From NCBI GenBank assembly GCA_000934665.2, contig KZ538345.1:1-64000 (forward strand): a DNA stretch of 64,000 bases, read 5' to 3'. The notes under the pieces are model-generated. The model had not been told where the DNA came from. It worked only from the letters and a program-made list of their open reading frames with translations, and made no database searches. The first letter of the stretch is position 1, and every line of letters begins with the position of its first letter. Below are positions 23,201 through 37,649 of this stretch, piece after piece. Origin of the DNA: Catajapyx aquilonaris (lineage: Eukaryota). A program made the position numbers and the translations under genes.

Positions 23201-26200
23201 CAAAGGAGTCATAAGATGTCGACTGCCTTCGACGCCGTGTGGCCATATAGCCCGGAGGGTGGCCCAGACACACTGTTCGAACAGGCCACTTTTACAAGGT
23301 GCCATGGGTATAAAATGAGGTGGCTCCCTTAGTTTTACACACCTAACATTGTACTTACAACCACGGTAGTGTTGACAGTTATCAAATAACATTAGTGATG
23401 TTGCATGAGCAGAGGTTTCCTTCCCTGTTCTTTACAGAGTCACACTTGAATTATTCCAAGTTATGACTTATGAGGGTTTGAAATTTGCAAGGCCTTACTC
23501 GATCATGTTTTCTTTACAGAAAAGTAGAAAACTGACTGCTGTAGATCAGAGAAAGTGCGAGTCAAGCACATAATGCATAACAATTCCACAGGCAAAAAAT
23601 GTATCTCAACTCTCTGAATATCAGGCCTTCATTTTGTATACCAACTAGATGGGGGTTCCGTCGTAATTTGTCACCCCCTACTTTCAGTTGACAGGCAGTA
23701 AAATCACTGTTCCTAATCCGATAAAGTTTGAAATGGTTCTAACAGGTCTGAAACACCAGGTTTGGATGTGTCCTTTGTATTGTATGACAATATTTTGTTC
23801 CCATTACATGTTGCTCTCAAACAGCTCTCTGAAAGACATTTGTTTTCACAATGGCCACAATCATGTCACCCTACCAGCTATATTTCTAAGCTCTTCCTCA
23901 CTCCTTTTTCCACCAAAAAAAAGCACCACTGTCAGTGCAATAGCAGCCGAGAAGCTATTGAAACTGGCGCTAAACCCGCAGGCCTAGTTAGCAAATGTGG
24001 CAACCCAACTTAAGTGATTGGTGTTATCGCACATTGCTCACCCCAGCCTGACATCTCCCCCATCTTTCTCCTCCACCCCCCCAGTTGGCGGGATTGGAGC
24101 CTAATCCAGTGTAGGGGAAGCCGTCAACGACGGTGAAGAACGGCCCTTCCCATATCCCATCCTCATCCCACAGAACCGGGAAGGAAGGAAGGAAGGAAGA
24201 GATGGAATCATTCTCATCCACTTCCGTCTGTTCCTCTTATCCCCATTCCAACTTCACCCCACCGGAGAAAAAATGGAGACCCTTTGCGCCTTCATTCAAG
24301 GTCCAGTCTTAGGCCTATCCTTTTTTTTTTAAGGACCCCGATTGGAAATGTAACAGAGGTTGTAGGGCAGGAAGGGGTGAGTCGCGATGGGCAAAAGCCG
24401 TGCTATAGTTGCATACTCACGATCCAATATGTGAAAGCCGTTTGCGACAATCCCACGACCCTGCAACCTCTTCGTCACATTTTTTTGTCAAGTGACGTAA
24501 GAATGGTCAGAAAACAGTTTTTCATAATAATATAGAGGTTCGTTTATTGGTGATAGGTGGTTGAGTGCGCAGGTCCAGAAGATGAGGAAGTAGGGATGGT
24601 TGTATACCCTAGTCTTTGGCCATTCTGACAGCTGCAGCTGGAGGGCATTATGTCGTCTTTCTAGCATTCCCCCGCCCTATCCCTCCCTCCCCCAAAAAAT
24701 AAATCCCAGGAGGGGGGTTAAGCCGCTGGGTTTCGACCTGGGGGCCCAACTTCCCGTCATTTCATTCCTCATTTCACATTTCCCCCCTTTTCTGAGACAG
24801 TATTTTGGGATGGTTGCGAAGAGCAGGGAGATTTGGTAGTGTCATGAGTTCTTGCCAATATTGGGCAAATACCAGAATTTACTCTGCTTTCTTCATATTT
24901 AATCAGATTCAATTCATCTGATAATGAAATTCATCTATTTGGTTTTCGATATCTCGGCGTAATAATAAATAGGCCCTATTTGAATGACTTTGAAGCTTAG
25001 ATATCCTACATAAAAGCCATAAAATGCGATCCGCGTCAATTGCAGTTATATATCAGTTACCTGAGACAAAAGTATGGTCATTTATTTTCAAGGATTGTGC
25101 CACCTTGTACTACTGCCAGTTGTACAAGTATAATCATTGGCCATGGTAGTAATAACTTATGTAATATTATTCATTTGGAAGTACTCCAACAGTATGTAGC
25201 CTATATTTACTTATTGTAACGACCAGTGACCATAATACGTACAGTAAAGGCTCAGCATGAATGTACGGTATAGAATAACTAGTGACATGTTACGCATGAA
25301 ATTTCAAACTAAAAAGTACATAACTCACTATTGTGGGGCACAATATAAATTTCCGCACCCTGTACTCGATAAAACTAATGCTGTATGCTAAAGAACAATA
25401 TTGTCGCCAAACTTTAGTACCAGTAGTTGATTATGGATGAGATGAATGTCAAAATAAAGTAACGCCATCTCAGAGTGTATTCAACGCCCATCATGTTCAA
25501 AGATTGGCAAAACCCACCAACATAATGTGTTCCAGTTCCAATCTTGAAATGGGTCAAGGGTTAAAATTAAGTCTTTACCAGTCCCCCAAAAGCTTCTGGC
25601 AATGAATAACTTCCCCGGGGTTGTCGCCAGACAAAAATATGAAGGTGTCATCATATTTCTCGACTTATAAAGAAACCCCTCACCTGCTACAATCGCTACT
25701 GCTCTCTTCCCACACCATTTCTACGCATAGCATACTGAATCAACCAGGTAGTAATATGACTGAAGTATGGAAAAAAGTGACCTGAAGGGTACACGACATG
25801 AGACCCCGTAGGTGTCGAATTATTATTGGACCGCTAGGTTCTTTCTCCTGAGGCAATATGGGGTCGTAGGAGAGGAAGGTGTGGTAGGTGATCTGGCTGC
25901 AAAGATAGCGGAGCTTGGAGCATCGGGGACGAAAGGCAATTCTTTGGCTCGACAGAGGAGTCGATGAGCAAAAGTTGAATCTGAGCAGGTTGTAGTTTGT
26001 GCAGCCTAGTGAAAGGGGGATTGGGTTCGCATGCAGCTGAGAGGATGGAGATTTGGGGACCCAGCTCCTTTCACTCTGGCTTTCCTTCCTTCCTTCCTCC
26101 TTGGCCTGCCTGCCTGCCTTCCTTCCTTGGGTCCTTTCCCGTCGGCAGAATAGAATAGGCTCGGATCGGCAACGGGGATATTTGAGCCTCATCGAGGAAG

Positions 26201-26897
26201 GAAGATTTTCTGGGATCAAGGCGAGCGGGGTATTTTCTTATGTGATGGAGACAGGATGGCAACGGGAAAGTGATTTTCAAAGTGGATGGAAGGTGGCGCT
26301 CGCTGTTGGCGTTGCTGACGATGCGCCATGGGCTGCTTGGTCAGTACTTTGCCAAAATTAGACACTTTAGTGCAACTTGTTTCGGCCAGAATACGCCAAC
26401 AACAATGGTGAAAAGCGTGGAATATTCTATTTGGACGGGAGAGTGTGTCAAAATTTTGCCATATGCAGGTATGTGCGTTTTGCAGGCCACAGCCAGTGTG
26501 GCTGCACCACAATAATGTGGATAATGTTTTACTTCTTCTAGGTCTGTTGCGCAGTGCAGAACATTATGTAGTATCAGCCAAACATCATTGCGGAAACTCG
26601 CTGTTTCGTAATTATATACCTGCGGCACATTTCCTCAGTTTTTTTTACACTTAAGTCGTTTTCTACAGTTGATATGGCACTCACCAAAGTGACTCGGCCA
26701 AACTATCCTTAAATGAATTTCTCCAACAATATTTGAGGACCATGTTCTCAAATAGACGTGCGTCATGTTCAAGAATTGATTTACAGATGAGAGTTTCATC
26801 CCTAAACGAGCAACATCAGAGAGAGCTAAAAGTCAGTTAACTTAGTGAGCATACAAGGTTGTTCATATTTATTCACACACACTTATAGGTATACGTA

Positions 26898-27030
26898 CTG
26901 GTACTAGACACCATACTAGACACCATACTAGACACCTGGTACTAGACACCATACTAGACACCTGGTACTAGACACCATACTAGACACCTGGTACTAGACA
27001 CCATACTAGACACCTGGTACTAGGCACCAT
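26898..27030. repeat. Minisatellite, 26-bp unit (ctggtactagacaccatactagacac) built of 14+12-bp subunits
   Basis: About five near-perfect tandem units, with one extra 12-bp subunit near the start. Confidence 0.92.
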
Positions 27031-29298
27031 AATATCACTTTATGCAGAGGTGTAATTGGCTCTTGCCGGCAGCCTCATTACTAATAATTACTTCAAACGC
27101 AAGATGTCAAATATTCTGGCAGGTATGTGTGTTTTCCTTTTAATTTAAAATATGAGAGTGGTTTAAATTTAAATTTAATTCGCTATTGGGTATTTTCTTT
27201 TATCGGCTGGTGTAGGGTATAGTGACGTCAAGGCCAATTTTTCTAATGTTACGTGGTTCAGAAATCAGAATAAATTCATAAATCAACACTGATTAATGTC
27301 ATAAAACCACGCAGAAGTTTGATTCCTGGAATGTGTTTATTTCAGGCTTTCCATAACCTCTCCCTTTTCCTCCCCACTGCCAACACCTAATTTTGTACCA
27401 GGTCATGACCCGGTCAAACCAAATATGACAAGCAAAACTTTGTTGACTGATACAACCCAGCTGGTGAGCAGAAGCAGTCTTTTGACAACCAAGTAGTGTG
27501 CCCTTGTCGACACCCATAGGCACAGCGTGCAGAGAGGTGACTGGGAGTGACTTCCCGGAAACTGGCAACAGGTAACAGACCGTGTCAAAAGTTAGGGGAA
27601 GAGTGGGGGGGGGGTGCATGGAACAGGGGAGTCATAATGATGTCGGGCAGTGCGAGCAAACACGTGTTGGTTGGCACCCCTCTTGCTTAGGTCCCTTTCC
27701 AACCTAATTGCCCATAATTGAAAGGCTACTGCTCCAAAGTGGGTGCAGGACCCGGCCATCTGGGACGCCCAAATTTCAAAGAGACCATGGGGCCTGCTTC
27801 TGGTACAAAGTGCTGGCGTGCAAAATAGGTGTTATTTTGGATACTCCTGAATTCCGAGAGTTAGATCTGATATCGAAGTCGGTTCGAGGAAGTGTCTTAT
27901 CTGAGTCAGTGTTATTATGACTCCGACAGCGACAGCCTTGAGAAAGGTTGCTGTCGCCTCATTTTGCGTGTATCGACTTTGCGGTACCGGTACTGAATTT
28001 CAAGGTAGAACATTTAACACGGCGCCTTTGAACGAGAATGAGCAATTTATGTACTTCACACATGTCATATGAATATTTCAGCCCTCATTGATCACCATGA
28101 TCAATAGCATACTCGGAATTCTCGATTCAGTTGATCTAGGTGGCAAATTTGTGGCCATTACTATAATTTTGTTATATTTTTGGTACCATGTGTTACTTAT
28201 TAGGCCTGTGCAGCAAAAAAATGTAGAGGCATTAAAATAATTTGCAAGTTAATTTTATTTACTTTCCTGAACATAATAAGCCTATTGTTAATTATTTTAC
28301 GACAGACTGGTAACTAAATGATATGAGGTGTTCAGTGTTCCGCATAATTTAATCAGCCATTCACACACTCAACATGTAAGAACATGCATAAGTACTAATT
28401 TATTTCTCATTAGCATCATGACAATAATATTATATAGGCTGACAGGATGCAACATACACCTCCTCCATGACCATGTGCGTGCAGGCTTGACTTCTTTGAT
28501 GATAATGAGTATTGTTCTCTCACACAACTACGCAACTTAGCCAGGCAGAGAACCCAGCCCCCTTTTTTTTCTGAAATGCGTGTGTGGGGGAGGAAGCAGG
28601 GGAAGGGGCACCACAACACCATTTGAATATGCATAAAATATGCCTGTTTATTACGAACCTGACCTGTTAATAAAGCTGGGGAGTTCATAAGATAAGCGGC
28701 AACTTTTCATGGTCATCACTTCGCATGTTTCCTAGCACGAACCATATCATTCATTTTTACACGTGTAACATGTAATAATTATTGGCCTATGAGTAGTTAT
28801 GGAAAATCCGGAGGGGTCCCTCCGGGGGAGGAAAAAAAGCGCACTAGTTTGTATACTCTGCCGCAAGTAACTATTTTAATCCCATTCCACTCGGCCAGTT
28901 CAAAGCATGTAAATGTCATGTGTGACTGCGGGCCACACGCATCAGCTTACACCGAGGTCACATTTTATAAAAATCACAGGAAGCCTGCCGTGCACATGAG
29001 TTTTGGCACGGATGTCCCTAATAACACCCGTTTTTAAACGCATGCTGATGTCCATTCTAAACATGAGTCAGCCCCATAATTCCAGCAATCAAGTCCAATT
29101 TGTACATGGTCCTCTTGGTCAGTCGGCAACTAACCTGAAGCACGTGCTAAGACCATTTGACCGGCATGGTTGCGTGGGTGGTAGGGTCGCAGGTGTGTGT
29201 CCCTGAGAGGTCAGGTGAGGCCAACAGCCAATCAATGTTTCACGGCGCTATGGCCAGGTGGCAGCGGCGCACGGCAGCCACGGAAAGAGGAAGGTACA

Positions 29299-29343
29299 GG
29301 CGGAGGAGGCGGTGGAGGAGGAGGAGGAGGAGGAGGAGGAGGA
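29299..29343 (+). repeat. (GGA)n trinucleotide tract upstream of the netrin start
   Basis: ggcggaggaggcggtggaggaggaggag..., directly visible. Confidence 0.9.
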
Positions 29344-29600
29344 AAGAGAGGCCTGTTTGGGCGCCTGGTCCCGCCCGCACCCGCAGTCGATGTTGTGGCC
29401 GATAAGTGATCGGAGGCGTCCCCTTCCGCGCGCCACTCGCCCGCCCGCCACGCACCCGGCACGCACCCCGCGGGGGGCAAGACTTCAGCTCTCATCCGCA
29501 GCGCCACCAACGCCACCATCTGTGGCTCGTCATTCGGACCATGCACGAGGTCCGCTGAGGAGCAGCTGAGCCAGGCCACCCCCGCGAAGCTACTTGGGCC

Positions 29601-30768
29601 ATGGCGCCAATGGCCCTGCTGCTGCCGTTCTTGCTGCTTCTTCTCCTGGCGGCCGGCAGCACCGGGGCCTCCAGTTTCCTCAAGATGTTTGAAGCGCAGC
29701 AGAATCCTCCGGATCCCTGCTACGACGAGGTGGGTCAACGGGCCAGGAGGTGCGTGGCTGACTTTGTCAACGCAGCTTTCGGGAAGGAGGTGTCGGCCTC
29801 CAGCACCTGTGGTCATCCGGCCGGCCGACTCTGTCTGCCCCTAGGAGGAGGGCAAGCCCGCTGCGACGTGTGCGACGACGAACAGGCCCGTCGACGACAT
29901 CCACCAGCCTACCTGACTGACCTGAACAACCCCAGCAACCTGACCTGCTGGCAATCGGGTCCGGTGGCGCCTCATGCCCTGGAGAATGTCACCCTGACCC
30001 TGTCCCTGGGTAAGAAGTACGAGTTGACCTACGTCAGCCTGCAGTTCTGTGGGGCCAAGCCAGACTCGTTGGCCATCTACAAGAGCATGGACTACGGCCG
30101 CACGTGGCAGGCCTTCCAGTTCTACTCCAGCCAGTGCCGGCGCGTGTTTGGCCGCCCGCCCCGAGCCGCCATAACCAAAGCCAACGAGCAAGAGGCCCTG
30201 TGCACGGACGCGCACCTGGGTGCGGAATCGCCAATCGGACCACGTATCGCATTCTCCACTCTGGAGGGCCGTCCCAGCGCCAGCGACTTTGACAACAGCC
30301 CGGTTCTGCAAGACTGGGTGACGGCCACCGACGTGCGAGTGGTCTTCCAGCGGCTGGTGGTTCCTCCCCCTCCGCCGATGCCTCCCCCGGGGTCCATCGT
30401 ACCGGGGCCGGGCCCCGAGCCCTCCTTGGCCCTGCCTGCCCTACCGGACCCGCCACAGCAACTGGCCTTGGCCATGATGGCTCCCAATGGCAGCGAACCG
30501 GTGGTAGACGTGGTAACCGAACCGCCATCCACTCCGGCGCCTCCAGCCTCACCGACGGTGCCGCTGGCCTACGCCGTGGCCGACTTCGCCGTGGGAGGAC
30601 GATGTAAGTGCAACGGCCATGCTGCTCGCTGCCTGACCGGAAGAGACGGCGCTCTCACGTGCGACTGCCGGCACAACACAGCCGGAAGGGACTGCGAGAG
30701 GTGTCGGCCCTTCCACTTCGACCGTCCCTGGGGTCGCGCCACCAGCAGAGACGCCAACGAATGCAAGG
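29601..30768 (+). CDS. Net: Netrin, first coding exon (signal peptide, laminin N-terminal domain, first laminin EGF repeat)
   Basis: Signal peptide [14 protein letters not shown], then [149 protein letters not shown]. Donor G|GTGAGT, phase 1. Confidence 0.97.
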
Positions 30769-32025
30769 GTGAGTAGCCTTCCACTGATTGCTTATCCATC
30801 CGTTGGAATAGTTCAGACGCAAAAAAATCCGGAACACAAATATTGAGAACAATAATATTATGCATCCTGCACAGATGGAATTGGAAACGGGTGTGAAAAC
30901 CAGACCCGGTTGCATAATCCGCAGAAAATACCACGCATCCTCCGGGTTCATATATCGGGAGAATCCGCACCCAGATGTTGAAGGATTTGCATCAAATGGG
31001 AGGTTGTGCTGGTATTTACATGTTTCTTTCATGTCTTTTTGCATACTTGATTAAGCCAGTCTCCCAGAATTATTGGAAAGCTGTCAGTAATCCGCTTTGT
31101 CAATGTGACTCCAAAGATCCGCAGATTAATTAGGGGGACGCTTGCAATATTGGAAAGAGAAGCATCCCGGACGATATTCCCAGACTCATCCCCTCCCGGG
31201 CCTTTCCCCCCATATCCCTCCCATCACCCCCTTCTGCTCTTGCCTCGTGTTTGTTGAGACAAGTTCCGAAAGCGAAATGTTAAAGCCAAGCAGCCCCCAG
31301 ATGGATGAGAGTCTGGAAGAGAAGCAGCAAATCTCGCCAGTGGGCATTGTATGTTATTGGAGAAGTGTCTGCTCTTCTGCAGCCTCACCTCAACCGTTTT
31401 ATATTGCAACATGTGCATGGCTTTTCTGATGGGAGGGGGGGGGGGGAGAAGGTAACGCCCTTGTTGTCTTAGGATAATTGGAAGGAGGATTGCCCATCTG
31501 CGGTGGTCAGCACGCAAGTTGGGCCAGATTGCAGCAGACAAGGCTTGTTCTGTCACCCATGTGATATAAGTGGGCGAAAGATATTAGAAACGGCAGCGGC
31601 CTATTGTCTGGGGAGTGGCAAAGTGCACGCGGCTGCCAAACTCGTTTTGAGAGGGGGGGTCTATATGGAAATAATCCGAGTGACAAGGCCTCGCATGCGT
31701 GGCTTGACCATACATTTCCCTCACCTTTTCACGGAGCCAACCTTCGTGGAAAGGACGGAAAAAGAGAGATGGATAGGAGATACATTATTTGGGTGTCAGT
31801 GGGAGTGCCCACCATCAATCTTATCCGCAGGAACGGAATCTAAAAGCGCGCTCATGCGGAAAGACAGACTGAATTGGCCTCCTCCATTATCAGACGCGAG
31901 CTAGACGCCTTTTACCAATCGCTATTCAAGTATAAACGCTTCCACTCACGCTATCCGCTCACCCGACTTGTTCGCGCGATTCCGCTCCGAATCACGCGTT
32001 GCAACCAGCGATTCTGCTATATACG

Positions 32026-32100
<75 letters not shown>
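32026..32100. repeat. (ATT)25 microsatellite
   Basis: Directly visible. Confidence 0.97.
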
Positions 32101-35100
32101 GCTCGAGAGCACAATTCTCCCAGGGGCGGGTACACCTATTGTAGCAGGTGTCTTATCAGTGCGCTCATTTTTTCCCGGCTGGCAAAAGGGGTCATGAAAT
32201 GACTTAACGCGATCGTTTCATTATACAAACTCCGGATAATGCTCCCATATATTATGGACTCGTAATGCGTAACTGCCCGGCCCTCAAGGACCACATTGCC
32301 AAATATAATAATTTTGGCGGCCGGATGTGCCATTAGCATTACAAGCGCGATAAATCAGGGCAGGTAAAAAACAAAACAAAAGCAGGTCCTGTTATCCGCG
32401 ATCTGTGGCTCTCCAGGGCTATTAATAAATTAAGTAAGTTCTTTTAAGACTGGTTTTTTGACACACGGTGGTGCCTCAGGTAACACCAATTTGGTGGCGG
32501 CCTATTACCTGCATAAACCCGATGGGGGTGGTTTGTTGTATTGGAAATAGGAAGGTACGTGTGCGAAATGACGTTTGGGGAAGGCGATTACCATGGCAGT
32601 GGTGTGTTTGGATCAAAGGAATTTTTTGGGCGATGAAGAGATATATGTGGGGAGTGGGGGAGGAGCACGAAACGCCCTGCTTGTCGGCCTCAGGTGTCAG
32701 GTCTGCGTGACACAAAATGACTCAATGCCTGCTGCCCCTTCCCAGAAGTCTTGCCTGCCCTTTCACCCTTTGCCTCTTCCGCGGAATTTTCGGACCCTGC
32801 TGTTTTTGTGATGGTCGCCAGGATGCTTTTATTTGGGGCCCTGGCTCATTAACAGCTCTATTAGGCATATAGGCTTCAGGCCGGATAAATACCCGATAGG
32901 TCAAACTCGGTCAAGCAGACGCATTGTGTGGTCGAAACAGTCCAAATAGGGCTCGCGGCCTTTTGTTGTCTTGGGTTTTGTTTGGATTTTTGGGGGAGCG
33001 GCCAATACATGTTTTAGCTTCGATTGCTGTTATTTTTTGGGCAATATTTGTGTGTGCGCTGTTCTATGTGCGGTATGCCAGTTTTGTGTCGAATTATGCG
33101 AATGTACGTCACTTTTCGGTTACTTCAATTGGGTTGGGCATGGATGTAGTTAGGATATTAGTCAGGGGGAGGAGGGCAAAAAGTTCCAAACATTTATCGG
33201 AATCTAAAATTAATATTGTTTAACTAAAACCGGAAATTTTGTGCTAATATTTATTATTATTATTGTACATTACGGATATTATGGTTTTTCAACATTATAG
33301 GGAAGGGGAGTCACGGTATTGTTCTGCCAGAGACGTACTCATCGAGGACTATATTAAGCAATGCATAACTCAACTGTGACTGATCTTCCTGCATATCAGC
33401 CTTAACAACGGAGTTACGCTTTCCCCCACCATTTTGGCCAGATCTGAAAATGCCTGGCTATTACCTAACACCTTTTGTTTCAGTCCTGATTTGAAATGGA
33501 ATGGGCCAAGGATTAATTTCATGTAGATCAAAGTGACTGCACAGATAATTCCCCCCCCCCCCCTCCCCCACCCAGTGCGCAGATTTCGTTACAGTCACAC
33601 GTAAATCGGCAACATGTCGAGTATAGGTTAATGAGCTGGATCAAGGGGAAAAGCGCAAAAACAGTGTTGAAAGGGATCAAAATACCGGCTGTGTTGACAC
33701 GCAGAATTGACAATAAAAACAAGTATATATATGGGGTCCGGATTTTTATGGGTCGATACACTGTTAGCCTGATGCATAATACCAGTCCATGCTTTTATAT
33801 CAGCATAATAGCTCGAATGTACCGGGAAGTGAGGTGAAACATGATCCGGGGCCATCCGCTTTGGCATTCGGCTCAGGTAGTGTAGTTATGGCCAGTAATG
33901 TTATCTCGATTCGCGGGCGTGGAGGAAACTCGGCGAAACCCCGCGGATTTAAAGGCGGAGATAAGTTAATTAGCCGGCGAAGCAGTTGTACGTGTTCTCT
34001 GGTAACACGGTTTAGATAACCCGTTTATAGGTAAAAAGACTCGGAGAATTCAATGAATGTGTTGCGTTGGCCCCCACATATTCCGCTCGGGATTTCCAAG
34101 TCAATTATGGGTTCTGCACATGGCATGGGGTTTGGCTTGGAATACACTGCCCGATGGTACACCCTTGAATACATGTGGCTTCATTCTGGGAAATTGCAAG
34201 AAAGATTTGGCCAAACTTGGAAGTTAATCCTAAACATTCATGATGAGCCAGCAAGCCCAGTCCACACCCCCTCCCAACTTTCGACGGATTGGCCGACTGC
34301 TTGAAAGCCCCTATAATATCCGGTCCCATATCCGGAACCACACGGCACTGCTCATCCCGTACAAACGAGATCGACAAAGAAAGCGGGACTAGCCCCCTCT
34401 TTATTTGGCCAGAAATGAAGGCATGACCCCCCTGGCTTGGAGGGGGAAGAGGAAGATTGCTGTTGGCATCAGCGGCCAAAACTTACCTACTGGGGCTAAT
34501 AAAGCTGGAGAAATTCTACCCCCNCCCTCATCACCCCTCCAGCCCTCTTACCCCCTGCGGTGTGCGCTGCCCCGATAAGGCCCGTAAATCAGAAGAGAGG
34601 GGGGAAGTAAGGCGCAATTAGGGAATCCGCCTTGCCTAGGACCACATCCTTCAATCGTTTTTTGGAGGGGATCGGTCTGCTGACAGCGATGCAGCCTTTG
34701 GGTAAGAGGGGTGTCCGTAGCACATGCATTTAGTGGCAAATCCACCTGCGAAGTATTCCGACTCAATTTATCGGGAGAACATTCCGCGGAGATGCCAACT
34801 TCCAGGATTCGGCTGCCAATCATCCGGATTTGCCCGGGCCGTCTGGAGAGATTTGCGCCTACCAAACAACTCAACGTTTTCGGGATCGCTCCATTACTAC
34901 TAGATGGCTGGAGGCCCCTGCCATTACGATTAGAAAAGCTTATGATTTCGGTAGGGGAGCTTGCCACTCCATTTCATTAGTCTTCGTCTCCAGGACCGTC
35001 TCTCTATATGCCCAAATTCGCGGGAAAGTCATGCCCATATGTATATATGGGGAACCCCTATGTAGAGCCCATACCGACTTGAGAGGTGTCCGGTCGGTTG

Positions 35101-37580
35101 AAGGGACAAGATGATCCCCTCCCTGGAGGGTGGCTCCGATGCGATTGTAAACGCCGTAAACGTTGTCGCAGCAGGCCTCATCCGCCGCCTCGACAAATTG
35201 GCTGCTCGCCCTTCTGCTTTGTTGCCCAGAGGGGGTGGGGGGAAGGCTTGCTTACAAATAGTCTCGCCTCCGGCCTGAGAGAATGAAGCGTAAAAGTGGC
35301 ACACAACGAAACTGCCGAGGTGACAACGGATTTATACCGGGTGCATGTGTCGCGTCTTTGGGGGGACGAGGCTGGGAATGAAGACGTGGTCACATGCCAC
35401 CGGCTGCTGGACATTACGTCATGTGGAGGGCAGCTCGGTTGAAATAGGACGTGCCGATAGGGACGGCGTTCCGCACCGTTTGTGGTCGGCTGGGAGAATG
35501 CTGGTGCGATGACTGGTGCTGTACACAGGCTTGAGGGTTGGTGATAGACCGATTTGTTTTGATGTTGACGTTGAAGCGTAATTTCAGCCGGTTGGTGGCG
35601 GTGAGACCGCTGAATTCCTTATTGGAACACTTAATGAAAGGGTGGGGAGAATTTAATTTCAATGCTTAATAACAGTAATGAAGACCACAACGGAAGTGTA
35701 CAAAATTTGCTTGATTACATTAATAACTATTAATTTTAAAGGCTCCAATTTTTGGAATTCCTATACATTTTGAGTTGATGTCCACATTAGCCTATACGTG
35801 AAAATACAGTCCAGTGTCTGGTTTCCACGCATGATTATGCGTTGAAAGGTGTATGCATATAAATGAAAGAGAAAGAAGCTCCGTTAAGCTGCATCATGTA
35901 TTATTAGATTAGTGTCGAGCTTTCATACCTAGTGCCACTTATCACCGAATAACCTGCGTTCGAAGCTGACAGCGTGTGGGCTGCTTGTAAAGTGTGCAAC
36001 TAAGCCTGACAGTATTGTGTAGTCTGCGGATACATACCAGCAAACATGATAGTGCACATGTTTTGCTGACCGAATTATTTTGTACGTTGAAAAAAACAAG
36101 CCCCATTGCTAATGAGCTATTAGTTTTTGAACAATACGCAGCATTGGCTGTAGTGGTATTTTCTTTCGGAATTTGCCTTCTCATGATGTTTCAGTTGACC
36201 TACTAAATTACGAGGAAACATACGCGTCCTTTTTAGAAACACGAAATCCACATGTAAATTCACCTAATTATAGCTCTGCGCATGCTTTTAAAAAACTGAT
36301 CGGGTTTTTAATAGTAGGAAAGAAAGGCGAAAATAAGTGCTTCGCGATATTCTTTCAGTTATTGTAGAGCCAAAAATGTGGTATAGGCCTACATCTTCCA
36401 AGTGAGAAATCTTTCGCACACTTGCTAGTTTCCTATAAGTTATGAGTCGCTGTATTTTTTTTTTACAGCGACACGATGACATTTGCAGTGTTTGTCGCAA
36501 TTCTTTGCGAGTTACACACGTGCCAACTTCAGTCCGGCTCATTCCTAGACTAAAGGGTGATCCGCAAAATCTTGACTCTGGCAGCTTACTACATAACTGT
36601 CAGAAAAATATTGCTTTCATAGCTTTCTGACTAGACGATGATGTTGAATATTACTAAGAAACTAAAATTACTAAAATTTGGACGTATAGTATGAGGACAT
36701 CAAGGCCAATATGCAAGCTTGCACATTTGTAAATAAATCCGCGAATAACAGTAACACATCCCATTTGAAGTGGCAAATTTAGGTGACGTTTCCAGGAAAG
36801 TGCGCGTCGCCTTTCCCGTCCCGCATCGTTGCCCTTGCGCCTGACTGTGAAGGACCTCGGTTATTTCTGACACACCCGGTGTACAACCTGCACTTGTTTT
36901 GCATGCCAAGGCTTGAATTTCCGGCCACGAGACTGGCGTCTTAAGCCATGGCAATAAAACGCTCCGTAGCTCCAGGAATTGGGCGCAATGAGCGAATGTC
37001 TCACCTGCTTAGGGTTGAGCCCTCCACCAAAGTTCCCAGAAATTATCTGTCTAAATATACAGTCGAACCCAAACAACTCCATCTGTGCTCATAACTTTCG
37101 CGCTCGACGTCCTCTGCCCCCCCCCCNCCCCCCCCCGGTCTCTCCACATTTTTTTGTCCTCCCCAGCATCCCTTTCTGTGTATCATTCTTCTGTAGAACA
37201 GAGCAGCCTTTGTGGGGCCGACAACAGGTGATTTATATGATGCTGAACAATTTTTCTTGATTGGCTCACCTCATATAGAGAACAGTCTTATAAACCTCTC
37301 CATAGGCAAGAAGATATGTGCATGGTACAAGTGGGCACCTTCAGCTCTCCAAGTAGGTGGTGCTTGACAAATCTCATCCCATGGGCTTAGAGGCGTACCG
37401 GTGTTGAAAAGGAACAGAAAACACACAAGTTCTCCCAGAGGTTGAGTTATTTTCCGCTGTGCAGGAGGAAAATAAACCGGGTGTTCGCGAAAGGAAAGTG
37501 TGTTTGTAGAAAGGGCTGAGGGCTGCTGAGGGTTGCTTGTAGCTGAGCTGCCAAACCGTTAGTTTCTTCCAAACTTACCC

Positions 37581-37584
<4 letters not shown>

Positions 37585-37645
<61 letters not shown>
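37585..37645. repeat. (TC)n microsatellite
   Basis: Directly visible. Confidence 0.97.

Positions 37646-37649
<4 letters not shown>

Noticed and set aside
26898..27030. Regular short repeats as a CRISPR-like array
   Set aside because: Units are directly tandem with no unique spacers, there are no cas genes, and the context is eukaryotic.
29157..30552. Overlapping ORFs (poly-G/E/R/P/S peptides; antisense 29232-29816, 29841-30311, 30034-30552)
   Set aside because: Explained by the GGA repeat and by GC-rich shadow frames of the netrin exon.
31874..32202. Poly-Leu/poly-Ile membrane-like ORFs (also 53898-54287)
   Set aside because: Translations of (ATT)n microsatellites.
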